This document shows, piece after piece, positions 17,417-27,574 of a DNA stretch of 33,945 nucleotides; within the stretch, counting starts at the first letter, position 1; each line of letters begins with the position of its first letter. Source of the DNA: Promethearchaeota archaeon (lineage in GTDB: Archaea; Asgardarchaeota; Lokiarchaeia; Sigyniarchaeales; SOKP01). The notes beneath the pieces are model-generated. The model was not told the origin of the DNA, ran no database searches, and worked only from the letters and a program-made list of their open reading frames with translations. The stretch covers positions 1 to 33,945 of the forward strand of contig JBHLOI010000039.1 in assembly GCA_048940645.1 (NCBI GenBank), given 5' to 3'. The position numbers and the translations under genes were made by a program.

Positions 17417-18310
17417 TTACAAAAATAATGCGCCAATTGCGCCACAGAATTCTGAGTTGTTTAAAAATATTGCTTTTTTCTCGTGAACTTTAGATATTAA
17501 TGTTAAAATTTTCCTTACTATTCTATTATCTTTTAAAAAGCCTCCACAAAAAACAGTATTCGAAATATCATTATAATCTGCCATTAGATATGCCATTGTT
17601 CCTATGTTTTCTCCGATCATACATATTACTGAATTCATAAAATCTTCCCTTTTCAAATTATCCAAGTCAAAATTTAGATCAATTTTTCCTAATGATGCTG
17701 CTGTAAATTCCCTAAATAGTAAATCGATTCTTTTATCTTCAGGAGCATAAATATCACCAACTTTTAAATCAAGATTATAACGATTTCCTTTCTTAGCAAT
17801 CTCAATTGCTTCCTGATAGTCATCTATTTTAAATAATAATTTATTTAAACCCATAAAAAATCCACCTCCTAAAGCAGTTCCTCCAATATGCGAGAAGTTT
17901 TCTTTTTTTAAAATAACTGAAGTACCAGTGCCAATTGTCACAATTAAGGAATGAGGTAAAGATTGTTTTTTATTAGATTGAAACAAAAATTCTACGCCCT
18001 TAACGTTTGCTTTAAATTCATCAATCAATTTGCAGTGATATTGCTTCTCATATTTTTTAAAAACAATATAAGCTTTTCCTCCTGTTAAATTAACTTGTTC
18101 AATATCAGATTTTATAATATCAAAAAATTCAGATATTTTGTTAAAACTTTGTTTTGTTGGAAAGATCGATAAAATCATATTACCTCCATCAATATATGCA
18201 ATCTTTGTGAGACTTTGGCCTATATCAATTCCAACTTTTTTAAATAATAATTTTGCTTCAAAGGAAGATATCTGAATTTTAGCAGTATTTTGTTTAAAAA
18301 TAATGGACAC
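17417..18310 (-). CDS. coaW: Type II (eukaryote/Staphylococcus-like, fumble family) pantothenate kinase
   Basis: GIDIG.SLTK, LTGGKA, DEF.A...G, IGTGTS, GGTALGGG.F.GL, DLKVGDIY, TAASLGK, F.GAIGA. Start position uncertain. Confidence 0.88.
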   Translation of the reverse strand: MSIIFKQNTAKIQISSFEAKLLFKKVGIDIGQSLTKIAYIDGGNMILSIFPTKQSFNKISEFFDIIKSDIEQVNLTGGKAYIVFKKYEKQYHCKLIDEFKANVKGVEFLFQSNKKQSLPHSLIVTIGTGTSVILKKENFSHIGGTALGGGFFMGLNKLLFKIDDYQEAIEIAKKGNRYNLDLKVGDIYAPEDKRIDLLFREFTAASLGKIDLNFDLDNLKREDFMNSVICMIGENIGTMAYLMADYNDISNTVFCGGFLKDNRIVRKILTLISKVHEKKAIFLNNSEFCGAIGALFL

Positions 18311-18401
18311 CCGAAGGGAATTTAATAAAAGTTTATTTTATAAGTTAATTATATAATTTTAACAATTTATTGTATTAATGAATTATCCATAGAACTTTAC
18401 A

Positions 18402-19817
18402 ATGAATAATAATCCATCAATAGCAGAAGCTACGCAAGTTGCACTAATAAAAAGTACTACTTCCAAAAACGCAGTTTTAGAGGGAATTTCAAAATTAGGC
18501 GGTATTTCAAAATTTGTCAAAGAAGGAGATCTTGTTTTTATAAAAATTAATTTAAGAATCCCAGGTGGTTTTCCTACCAACACAAACTTTGGTATTATCA
18601 GTTCAGTAATTTCTTTATGTACAGATGCTGGAGCTAAGGAAATATATGTAGGTAGTTTTCCAGACCAACACGTTAAAATTAAAGCTTTAGCTGATGCTTT
18701 AGATCTTCAAACCCTTTTTAAGAAGTGTAGAGCTAAATTATTATTATTAGATGATGAAGGGAAATATTCCCAAGAGATAATAAATCTGAATAATAAAGAG
18801 TTTAAAGTTCCATCAGCAATTTTAAGATGTGATAAGATAATCTCAATCAATCAGGTAAATGTAGATCCATTGTTCGCATGTACCTTAAACTTACTTAATT
18901 CATATTCAATTGTATCGAACGAAGCTCAGCAAATTAAAAAAAATCTAAGAGTGGGTAGGGATTATCTGCATCTTGATCAATATAAAAAGGATCTAATCTC
19001 GAATATTTTAGCTGTTTTTATGATAAAGAAACCAGATTTGGCAATTAATGATTTATTCTATGTTTTAGAAGGAGCTGGACCCTTCAATTATAAAGATTCA
19101 AATTTAAAAAAGACTAACTTTATGGTAATTGGAAATGATGCTGTTGCAGTTGATTCTATTACTTTAAAGTTATTAAATGTTGATATTAGTAAACAAGATC
19201 TATTAATGGAAGCTCGTGATAAAAAAATAGGTATTGTAGACCTTTCCGAAATTAAATTAATTGGTGAAGATATAGACAAAAATAAATTAGATATAAAATT
19301 CTGCGCATCTAAATTGGAAGATGTGATAGTTAAGAATACTGACATAAAAAAAGGGAAATTATGTTCTGGATGCTTTAACCAGGCATATCATCTACTCAAT
19401 CTTATGAAATCGAAAATGACTAAAGATTTAAAATACATAGAGAGGCAATCATTATTAATTGGGGAAAACCCCCAAGAACCAGAATTTTTAGAAAATATTC
19501 TAATTTTTGGAGATTGTGCTATAAATAGTACTAAAGATCGTACTTTTAGGAGAATAATTATAGAAAAAGGTAAAAATCTAATTGAGAAGGTTAAAAATAA
19601 AATCAAAAAGGAAAAGAAAAAGACATCTAAAAGTAAGACTAAAATTATATCAAATAAACAAATATTAGAATTACCTGGTTGCCCTCCTGATATTTTAAAA
19701 TGCATTTCTTCAATAATTAAATATTACGGAAAGGATGAAGTTCCAGGCTTGAATTTATATTATAATTTAATAAGTACATATGTAGATTTTAAGAAAATTG
19801 AGGCTAACAATAAGTAG
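18402..19817 (+). CDS. DUF362 family Fe-S protein with C-terminal CxxC...GxC...PGCPP domain
   Basis: GGISKFVK.GD.V.IK.N, EG.GP, D.VAVD; CSGC, FGDC, LPGCPP. Confidence 0.8.
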   Translation: MNNNPSIAEATQVALIKSTTSKNAVLEGISKLGGISKFVKEGDLVFIKINLRIPGGFPTNTNFGIISSVISLCTDAGAKEIYVGSFPDQHVKIKALADALDLQTLFKKCRAKLLLLDDEGKYSQEIINLNNKEFKVPSAILRCDKIISINQVNVDPLFACTLNLLNSYSIVSNEAQQIKKNLRVGRDYLHLDQYKKDLISNILAVFMIKKPDLAINDLFYVLEGAGPFNYKDSNLKKTNFMVIGNDAVAVDSITLKLLNVDISKQDLLMEARDKKIGIVDLSEIKLIGEDIDKNKLDIKFCASKLEDVIVKNTDIKKGKLCSGCFNQAYHLLNLMKSKMTKDLKYIERQSLLIGENPQEPEFLENILIFGDCAINSTKDRTFRRIIIEKGKNLIEKVKNKIKKEKKKTSKSKTKIISNKQILELPGCPPDILKCISSIIKYYGKDEVPGLNLYYNLISTYVDFKKIEANNK

Positions 19818-19831
19818 GAGAGAAAAACATA

Positions 19832-21376
19832 ATGTTCAATAATAACTTTAAAAGTAATTGGAAGAAAATATTAAATTATAATAATAAAATAAACTTAGTA
19901 GAGCGCCCAGAAGAAATAAGAGAACAGATAAGGATTCCATTAACCCCTATACATATTGAAGGTTATTTACTATATTACATATTTGAACTGCTTTATCCTA
20001 AATTCGTTAACGATCAGCAAAATATTTTAGATATAATCCTTTCGGATTATGACATTGAAAATAAAGTGCTAGGAATATATTTATATAAGACAAAAAAAGC
20101 AGGAATCCATGAATCCATTGAGCAATTACCAAAAGATTTAGTGATAATAAAAGAAAAGGACATTATAGATATGAATCAATTATTTAATATGGTTCAATCT
20201 CATATCAGTGATAAGAAAAGTGTAAAAATTTCCTCTATTCGAATATTTACGAAACGAGGGATAGATTTAATTAATACATATTGTGAAAACCTTGGAAAAT
20301 ATTCAATATATGAATTTCTCTATCGTTTTCTAGATTTAATTCAGAAATTAATTAGCGAAAATCTGATTTATTTATTCCCTGAACCTAATATCTATAGATT
20401 TTTAAAAGATTTTTTCAAAATTTTAAAAAACTTAAAGCTATCGAAATTATTTAGAATAGTTGAAAGCTTTATTTCAAATTTTGCTACAGTTTTAGTTTTT
20501 CACTCGACAAAGTTGAACATTATTACTGAGGTAATTAAAAGAGACTCAAAATTCAATGAATCTAAAATTTCTATTAATTTAAAAACAACTAAAGACTTAG
20601 ATTTAGAAGTAAAGCAATTTCTATCAAATAATTCGTTATTATTAATCCAAAAAAAACTTAATTCTGAAAGTGTTGTGAGTTTAAGTCAAGATTTTTTAAT
20701 TTCATTCTTGTCAGATTTATTTGATTTAGAAATTCCAATAAAAAAAGAAAATTTCAAATTAATACTTCAAAAATTTATTTATGGGATAAGATCCTTTGAA
20801 ATTCATTGGAATCTTGTACCACGTCCAAGAATATATAATACATTAATTCGGTTTTTAGTACGGTTGTTAGGAATAAATATTAATTTCAAAAAACTTTCTT
20901 ATTGGGCAATTCCAGATATATTTTTTACAATAATAGACACATATTTTGGATTAAATTCAAATGTTCTACTTATTATAGTAAATAAAAATAGAATGTTCGC
21001 TAAGACATCTCTATTATTAGAAATTGAGAATAGTTCCTTGAAAAAAATTATCCAAATTGATAATTCAGAGATAATAGTAAGAAAAAAAATTGATTCACTT
21101 GAATCAATTAGAAATTCTTTTTTAGAAAAATTTGGAATTAATCCAATTATAGTAAAATTAGATAAAAATCTTATCCAAATGATAATTTCTGTCTTAATCT
21201 TCAAGTTTTATAAACTTAAACCGCTTTCTCTTCTAAAAGTCCTTAAAATGATTAAAAAAGAAGAATACTTTCAAATTCATCCGATATTACCTCCTTATCA
21301 ATTATTCAGGAAAATGGGAACGATATCACTTTTAAAACTTTGTCTATCAATGATTATCGATAAACATGAATTTTGA
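19832..21376 (+). CDS. Hypothetical protein (514 aa)
   Basis: Long ORF with GGAG SD, 14 nt after the DUF362 stop; no family recognised. Confidence 0.75.
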   Translation: MFNNNFKSNWKKILNYNNKINLVERPEEIREQIRIPLTPIHIEGYLLYYIFELLYPKFVNDQQNILDIILSDYDIENKVLGIYLYKTKKAGIHESIEQLPKDLVIIKEKDIIDMNQLFNMVQSHISDKKSVKISSIRIFTKRGIDLINTYCENLGKYSIYEFLYRFLDLIQKLISENLIYLFPEPNIYRFLKDFFKILKNLKLSKLFRIVESFISNFATVLVFHSTKLNIITEVIKRDSKFNESKISINLKTTKDLDLEVKQFLSNNSLLLIQKKLNSESVVSLSQDFLISFLSDLFDLEIPIKKENFKLILQKFIYGIRSFEIHWNLVPRPRIYNTLIRFLVRLLGININFKKLSYWAIPDIFFTIIDTYFGLNSNVLLIIVNKNRMFAKTSLLLEIENSSLKKIIQIDNSEIIVRKKIDSLESIRNSFLEKFGINPIIVKLDKNLIQMIISVLIFKFYKLKPLSLLKVLKMIKKEEYFQIHPILPPYQLFRKMGTISLLKLCLSMIIDKHEF

Positions 21377-21397
21377 AATATAAAATAAAAGATTAGA

Positions 21398-22486
21398 TTA
21401 TTCTAAATAACCTTTTACTTTTAGTAATTCCGCATTTAATATTGCTCCACCAGCTGCTCCGCGTATTGTATTATGACTTAGCCCTACAAACTTAAAATGA
21501 AATACACTATCTTTTCTTAATCTTCCAATAGTTACAGCCATCCCTTTATCATTCTCTCTATCTTTTTTTGGTTGAGGTCTATTTCTATTTTCTAAATAAA
21601 TTATTGGTTGCTTAGGTGCAAAAGGTAATTCTAATTCTTGGGGAAGTGATTTAAAATTTGTCCAAATTCTTATAATTTCTTCTTGGGAAGGAATTTTATT
21701 TTTAAATTGAATACTCACACATGCAGTATGACCATCACTAACAGGAACCCTCGTACATGTAGTACTAATTTGGATTGATTCATCATTTAATATTCCATTT
21801 TTACCTAATGTTCCCAATATTTTTGCAGGTTCTTTCTCAGATTTTTCTTCTTCTCCATTAATGAATGGTACGATATTATCTACGACATCTAATGAGGCAA
21901 CTCCTGGATATCCTGCTCCGGAAACTGCCTGAAGTGTGGTAACTATTAATTTATCAACTTTATACCCAGATTGTTCTAATGCGTAGATTGGAGTTATGTA
22001 GCTTTGAATTGAACAATTTGGTTTTGCGACAACAAAACCCTTAGAAAAACCTCGATTATTTTGCTGTATAGGAATAACTTTTAAATGTTCATGATTTACT
22101 TCAGGAATTATCATCGGAACATCTGAAGTCCATCTATTAGCAGAACTATTACTTACAATTGGAATTCCCTCTTTAGCATACTTAAATTCAATCTCACGTG
22201 TATCTTCTTTTTTGGGTAAATCCATCGCAGAAAACACAAAACTAACTTCTGAATCAATATTTTCGAAATCTTGTACGTCTCTTACTATTAAATCTTTCAA
22301 ATTATTTGAAATTTCCATATGCATCTGCCATTTATGGTTTGTCGCTTGCTCATACGTTTTTCCAGCAGATCTTGGTGATGCCGCAACATCTACTACTTCA
22401 AACCAAGGATGGTTCTCTAATAATCTAATATAATTTTGCCCTACCATCCCAGTAGCTCCCAATATTCCAACTTTTAATTTTCCCAA
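21398..22486 (-). CDS. asd: Aspartate-semialdehyde dehydrogenase (archaeal/fungal type)
   Basis: VGILGATGMVGQ, AAS.RSAGK.Y, IPEVN, PNCS, QAVSGAGYPG, RVPV.DGH, HNTIRGAAGGA. TTG 22486 follows GGAGTGA. Confidence 0.96.
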   Translation of the reverse strand: MGKLKVGILGATGMVGQNYIRLLENHPWFEVVDVAASPRSAGKTYEQATNHKWQMHMEISNNLKDLIVRDVQDFENIDSEVSFVFSAMDLPKKEDTREIEFKYAKEGIPIVSNSSANRWTSDVPMIIPEVNHEHLKVIPIQQNNRGFSKGFVVAKPNCSIQSYITPIYALEQSGYKVDKLIVTTLQAVSGAGYPGVASLDVVDNIVPFINGEEEKSEKEPAKILGTLGKNGILNDESIQISTTCTRVPVSDGHTACVSIQFKNKIPSQEEIIRIWTNFKSLPQELELPFAPKQPIIYLENRNRPQPKKDRENDKGMAVTIGRLRKDSVFHFKFVGLSHNTIRGAAGGAILNAELLKVKGYLE

Positions 22487-22615
22487 GAGTTTAATCACTC
22501 CATCTGTTATTATTAATTTAAAATTTAAAATGAGTGTACATTGAATAATTTTATTAAAATATTAAGTGTTAGATTTATTATAGACATTATATAAAAAATA
22601 ACTTTTGTGAGATAA

Positions 22616-23974
22616 ATGCACAACATCAATGATGATTTATTAAAGCAAGCAGAAGAATTAGAAAAACAATCTAAAAATGAAATTAGAAATAAGAATTACA
22701 ATGCTGCTATTTCGTTATTATTGAATGCTAAAGATGTTTATGCTCGATTGGGTCTTACAGGTCAAGTTGGAATATTACTCAAGGAAATAGTTAGATTGAA
22801 AAATCTTGAAAAAGAAAAACCAAAACCAGTTTCTATAAAAAAGGAAGAAGTGAAATCAATAATTCCAACTATGGATATAACTCCTCCTATCGATACAAAA
22901 ATAAAAATGGAAATTAATGGTAAAGATGTTTTAGAGTCAAAGGGAAATCAGTTATTAGAAGAGGCAAGATATTTAGCTTTAAATAACGAATTAAGTGAAT
23001 CAATTAAAATTTATAATGAAGCTTACGATATCTTTAAAAAAATAAATCATGCTTATGAATGTAAACAAATTTTATGGCAAATTAATGAAATTAAGGAATA
23101 TCAAAAATGGGGAAAATCTCGTAAGTCTAAAGGTATCCAAGTTCCAGTGAAAGATATTATATCACTAGCAGCAGCTGAAAAAAGGAGATTATGGATTCAA
23201 GAGCAATTGCGAGAAGGTAAGAGAGCAGGATCAGTTCAAATCGATGAAAATAAAACAAAAACCAAGGAAAATAAAGAAACTAAATCATATAAATTATTTG
23301 AACAACGAACTAAAAAAGAAAAATTAGATGAGGAGAAAAGAAAAGCTGAATTAAAATTACTGCAGGAACAACAAGCGCAAAGAAAACAAATAGTGGGAGA
23401 ACGTGAAGAGAAACTAAGAAAATTACGTGAAGAAAAACAAACAGAGGAAAAATTGCAGAAAATTGCTGAAGATTTTTTAGATAAAGCAACTAAATCTGCT
23501 CAGAAAAGAGAATATGATGAAGCTAAATTGAATTATGAAAAAGCAATAGAAATCTTTACGGGATTAGGATGGAGTAGTCAGGTTAAAGTATTGAAGCAAG
23601 AATTATGGAATCTAGATCGCTATAAAAAAGAGTATGAAAATAAAATTGAATTTAATCAGTCAATAAGACAAAGAAGTGAAGAAGAATTTCAGGAGAGAGT
23701 TAAAACCATGAAGAGCGATTATTTAAGGCATCAAGAGAGAGTTCTAGAACAAAAGAGCAATTTCCCTCCCGAAGTAAAGGCTAAATTAGAAAAAGTTAAA
23801 TTAATAAAGGAAAAAGCAGATAAAGAAGAAAGTCTAAATAAACTAGGAAGAGTCTTAGAACGGTATAAATATATCTTAAAGTTATACTTATCAATCCCAA
23901 AAGAAACAGTAGATTTAACAGACGAGGTTTCTAATATTAAACAAAAGATCTCACAACTAGAGAATAATATATAA
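22616..23974 (+). CDS. TPR/SNAP-like helical-repeat and coiled-coil protein
   Basis: Repeated A...Y..A...Y.KA..IF..LG units separated by E/K/R-rich coiled coils. Confidence 0.75.
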   Translation: MHNINDDLLKQAEELEKQSKNEIRNKNYNAAISLLLNAKDVYARLGLTGQVGILLKEIVRLKNLEKEKPKPVSIKKEEVKSIIPTMDITPPIDTKIKMEINGKDVLESKGNQLLEEARYLALNNELSESIKIYNEAYDIFKKINHAYECKQILWQINEIKEYQKWGKSRKSKGIQVPVKDIISLAAAEKRRLWIQEQLREGKRAGSVQIDENKTKTKENKETKSYKLFEQRTKKEKLDEEKRKAELKLLQEQQAQRKQIVGEREEKLRKLREEKQTEEKLQKIAEDFLDKATKSAQKREYDEAKLNYEKAIEIFTGLGWSSQVKVLKQELWNLDRYKKEYENKIEFNQSIRQRSEEEFQERVKTMKSDYLRHQERVLEQKSNFPPEVKAKLEKVKLIKEKADKEESLNKLGRVLERYKYILKLYLSIPKETVDLTDEVSNIKQKISQLENNI

Positions 23975-24019
23975 ATTAAAATATTTAAGTTATGTAGCTA
24001 ATTATTTATTCCTTGATAT

Positions 24020-25069
24020 TTGATGAAAAACCCATTCTCAGATTTTTATCACGTTCCCAATTCGAAAGAGTTGTTGGATATTGCTTTTAGCAGAGCTATG
24101 AGAAGTTCTACTCAGGTATCTAAAAATGCACCCATTTTGATAAAAGCTAAAAAAAAGGAATCTAAACGTATCAAAATCGCAATCAAAGAATTAATTGAAA
24201 GAATTCTCAAAATTATAAAAAGTGTTCCAATAATAGATGAGTTACCTGATTTTTATAAAGAATTAGCTTCACTATTAGTAGATATTGATAAATTAAAATT
24301 AACTTTGGGCAAAATAAATGGAATTTTACCAGTATTAAGCCAAATTGAAAGAGATCATTCAAAACAATTAAACCGGATTGAAAACCCAAAAGAGGGAGAT
24401 AGAATAAGAAGAGCCGCATTTGGCAGAATTTCTTCAATTTTGAGGAAACAAAATAAAAACCTTGAGTATTTAAACAATATACGTGGAAAATTGAGAGAAA
24501 TTCCATCAGTTGATTACTCATTACCATGTGTAGTCGTTGCAGGTTATCCAAATGTTGGAAAGAGTAGTTTAGTAAAAAATATCTCAACAAATAAAAAAAT
24601 AGAAGTTCAGGAGTATCCATTTACTACTAAACAAATTATAATGGGTCATATTGAAATAGATCGAAAATTTGATAAAATTAAAATTCAATGTTTGGATACT
24701 CCTGGTATTTTAGATCGCCCTATGTCAAAGAGAAACAAAATTGAGCTTCAAGCAATATTAGCATTACGTTTAATTTCAGACTTGATTATTTTCATTTTTG
24801 ATCCTACTCCCGCATGTGGTTATTCAATTGATTCTCAAATAGAATTGTTTTATGAGATAAAAAATCGTTTTAGTAGAGATGGCAAGATTAAAATTTTTGT
24901 TGTATTGAATAAAATGGATTTAGCAAGCCAATCAGAAATAAATTATCTAAAAGAAAAACTAGGATTAAATGATAATGATTATATCATGACCAATGCCTTG
25001 ACGGGTGAAAATATTGACAATTTAAGTTCACTTATAAAAAGTAATTATGATAAGGGGGAATTATTTTAA
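24020..25069 (+). CDS. nog1: NOG1-family nucleolar-type GTPase (ribosome biogenesis)
   Basis: GYPNVGKSS, YPFTTK, DTPGILDRP..RN.IE.QA..AL, NKMD; N-terminal helical bundle. Confidence 0.93.
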   Translation: MMKNPFSDFYHVPNSKELLDIAFSRAMRSSTQVSKNAPILIKAKKKESKRIKIAIKELIERILKIIKSVPIIDELPDFYKELASLLVDIDKLKLTLGKINGILPVLSQIERDHSKQLNRIENPKEGDRIRRAAFGRISSILRKQNKNLEYLNNIRGKLREIPSVDYSLPCVVVAGYPNVGKSSLVKNISTNKKIEVQEYPFTTKQIIMGHIEIDRKFDKIKIQCLDTPGILDRPMSKRNKIELQAILALRLISDLIIFIFDPTPACGYSIDSQIELFYEIKNRFSRDGKIKIFVVLNKMDLASQSEINYLKEKLGLNDNDYIMTNALTGENIDNLSSLIKSNYDKGELF

Positions 25070-25102
25070 TTTAATAGCGCTTACTGTTAATAATGTTTAC
25101 AT

Positions 25103-26206
25103 ATGGTTAATTTAAATATTTTAGGTTTAGATATTGGAGGAGCAAATACTAAAGCTGCCTTGATCCAATGTAATAACTTAAAAATTCAAAAATCCTTCTC
25201 TTATGTTGAATATTTTCCATTTTGGGAACAGAGTTTAGACCAAATTCCTAACTTATTCAAAAGAATTAGTGAAAAATTACTAAATAAAAATCAGATAAGG
25301 CTAAAAGATCTCGATTATATTTCTATCACAATTACAGCAGAGCTTTCTGATGCTTTCCAAACAAAAAGAGAAGGTATAGAAATAATTGTAAGTTCTTTAA
25401 GCAAGGTGTTTAATAGAGATAAAATGTTCTTTATTAACACAAATTGTGAATTTATCAAAATTGAAAAAGTAAAAAATGATTACTTATCAATTGCTGCTGC
25501 AAATTGGGTTTCAACCTCCTTATTCTTAGGACAATTCATACAAAAATGTATTTTAATTGACGCAGGTTCTACCACCATAGATATTATTCCAATATTAGGT
25601 GCCAAGCCTAAAACAATTGGTAAGACAGATATAGAACGCCTGATTAATCATGAATTAATTTATACAGGAGGTTTAAGGGCAACAATACCCTCAATTACTC
25701 ATTTCGTTCAGTATAAGGGTGAAAAAGTTAGGATTTCTTTTGAAAAATTCGCTTTAATTTCAGATATTCATAGAATTCTAAATAATATCTCAGAAAAAGA
25801 GTATATCAACGATACTGCAGATAATAGAGGAAAATCAATTAATCATTGTTATGCACGGTTAGCCCGTATGATATGTATGGATATTGAGACTATAACTAAG
25901 GATGATTTATATAAAATTGCTAATTATATATATGAAAAGCAATTGGAAATTATACAATTAGAAATTTCTCAATTTATGAAATCTCTTTATTCCAGATTAC
26001 CAGAATTTCAAAATAACTCAATGTTTATAATAACTGGTTTAGCAGCAGATTTTTTGATTAAAAAAGCATTAACAAGATTAGGTTTCAATAATATTGAATA
26101 TTATGAAACGATAACTGATATTTCCGATAAAATAAGCTCCTCTGCTTTAGCAGTAGCAGGAGCCTTATACTACAAATTAGTAAATGATATGGAAAATGGT
26201 AACTGA
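25103..26206 (+). CDS. mfnF: Methanofuran biosynthesis protein MfnF (hydantoinase A/ASKHA family, H4MPT-linked C1 pathway)
   Basis: GLDIGGANTK, ITAELSDAFQTKREG, AAANW, DAGSTTIDIIPI, ELIYTG.LR, TAD.R, RLARMIC.D. Confidence 0.88.
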   Translation: MVNLNILGLDIGGANTKAALIQCNNLKIQKSFSYVEYFPFWEQSLDQIPNLFKRISEKLLNKNQIRLKDLDYISITITAELSDAFQTKREGIEIIVSSLSKVFNRDKMFFINTNCEFIKIEKVKNDYLSIAAANWVSTSLFLGQFIQKCILIDAGSTTIDIIPILGAKPKTIGKTDIERLINHELIYTGGLRATIPSITHFVQYKGEKVRISFEKFALISDIHRILNNISEKEYINDTADNRGKSINHCYARLARMICMDIETITKDDLYKIANYIYEKQLEIIQLEISQFMKSLYSRLPEFQNNSMFIITGLAADFLIKKALTRLGFNNIEYYETITDISDKISSSALAVAGALYYKLVNDMENGN

Positions 26207-26924
26207 AGTAGCTCTCTTTAAAATTGGTGGTAAAATTTTAGACAATAGTAAACATTTAATTAATACTATAGCCCAACTAACTCAATTATATGAAGATAAT
26301 ACCATTCAAAAAATTATAATAATTCCTGGTGGAGGTAACATAGCTAATTTTGTTAGAAATTTATATCTAGAATTTAATTTTGATGATGAAATTGCCCATT
26401 GGATTGCAATTTATTCTATGAACTTTAATGGATTAGAATTACAACGAAAATTTCCTCATTTAGAAACTATTGAAGATTTTGAACATCTTAAGAATGAAAA
26501 GAGAATATTTTCAATATTTTTACCATATCAGTATCTCAGACTCTTTGATCCTTTACCTCATAGTTGGGATGTAACTTCAGATTCAATTACATTATACTGT
26601 GCTTATAAGCTTGGAGTAAATGAATGTTTTTTAATTAAAGATGTAAATGGAATTTTGGATAAAAACAGTAGTGTTATAAAGGAATTAACTACAAAAAAAT
26701 TTATAAAATTAAAGAAAGAAGAGAATTTGGCAAAAATTAATGCAAATTCATCTGATATAAAAGAGCTATCTAAACCAATTGATGCATACATAACTAAAAT
26801 CATTGATTTACATAAAATAAATTTAATAATTCTCAATGGAGTTAGCCCTAATTTAAGGATCTTAAACTATTTTTCCAAAACTGACCAAAGAAATAAAGTT
26901 TATTCGAAAATTAAGTTTGAGTAA
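26196..26924 (+). CDS. mfnE: Amino-acid-kinase-family methanofuran kinase MfnE
   Basis: KIGG, IIPGGG..A..VR, AHWIAI..M, LPHSWDVTSDSI, KDVNGI; overlaps the mfnF stop. Confidence 0.85.
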   Translation: MVTEVALFKIGGKILDNSKHLINTIAQLTQLYEDNTIQKIIIIPGGGNIANFVRNLYLEFNFDDEIAHWIAIYSMNFNGLELQRKFPHLETIEDFEHLKNEKRIFSIFLPYQYLRLFDPLPHSWDVTSDSITLYCAYKLGVNECFLIKDVNGILDKNSSVIKELTTKKFIKLKKEENLAKINANSSDIKELSKPIDAYITKIIDLHKINLIILNGVSPNLRILNYFSKTDQRNKVYSKIKFE

Positions 26925-26938
26925 AAGGCTCAAGCCTT
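26925..26938 (+). terminator. Short 3' hairpin directly after the mfnE stop
   Basis: AAGGC-TCAA-GCCTT. Confidence 0.45.
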
Positions 26939-27050
26939 AAATTTAATTTGAATAAAATTGTATAAATGCAATTAAAGTTTTAATTAGAACAATGCTAAAT
27001 ATTCTATATAGAAATTAATTTCAAATTAAAATATTTAAAGTGCATTTAAT

Positions 27051-27551
27051 ATGGATGATGAACAAATAAAGAAAAATGCTGAATTTCTGATAGACAATCT
27101 TGCTGGTAAAGAAGTTCCCGGCAGAGTAAAATTTAATGTGAGATATAAAACTTTAGTTGATTTTGCTAAGATTTATGGGATAACTGATTCTAAATATGTT
27201 GGTTCAGAAGAGGAGGGAATTATTGCATGCCATGCATTTGCGAATAACTTTACTATAAAAGCTCTTTATAAACTGCTACTAGGTATGAAATTGGTACAAA
27301 ATGGTGAAGAGCGTCCTTTTGTTAGAAACCCTGGGAAATTATTACATATGGGCCAAAAATATAATTGGGACGGTTGTGTAGAACTTAAACAAGGAGATAA
27401 ACTAAACATTACTGCTAAATGGGGTAAAGTATGGTTAATTGAAAAAAATATGATGCTTTTAGCTGAATTTCATGTAGAGGTTAAAAACCAAGATGATGAA
27501 ATGGTCGTACGGCCTGTCGTAACTGCAGGTGTTAGGCCAGGAGGTTATTAA
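27051..27551 (+). CDS. Hot-dog fold MaoC N-terminal-like (HadA-type) dehydratase subunit
   Basis: FA..YG..D..Y, LLHMGQKY.W.....GD.L, VKNQDDE.V. Confidence 0.75.
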   Translation: MDDEQIKKNAEFLIDNLAGKEVPGRVKFNVRYKTLVDFAKIYGITDSKYVGSEEEGIIACHAFANNFTIKALYKLLLGMKLVQNGEERPFVRNPGKLLHMGQKYNWDGCVELKQGDKLNITAKWGKVWLIEKNMMLLAEFHVEVKNQDDEMVVRPVVTAGVRPGGY

Positions 27552-27574
27552 TATAATAATTGGAGGTAAAAAAG

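Noticed and set aside
6077-26206. TGA stops of the radical SAM (6077), QueG-like (14402), 514-aa (21376) and mfnF (26206) genes as Sec codons
   Set aside because: The proteins appear complete, no Cys-equivalent context or meaningful extension follows, and no SECIS-like fold was seen.
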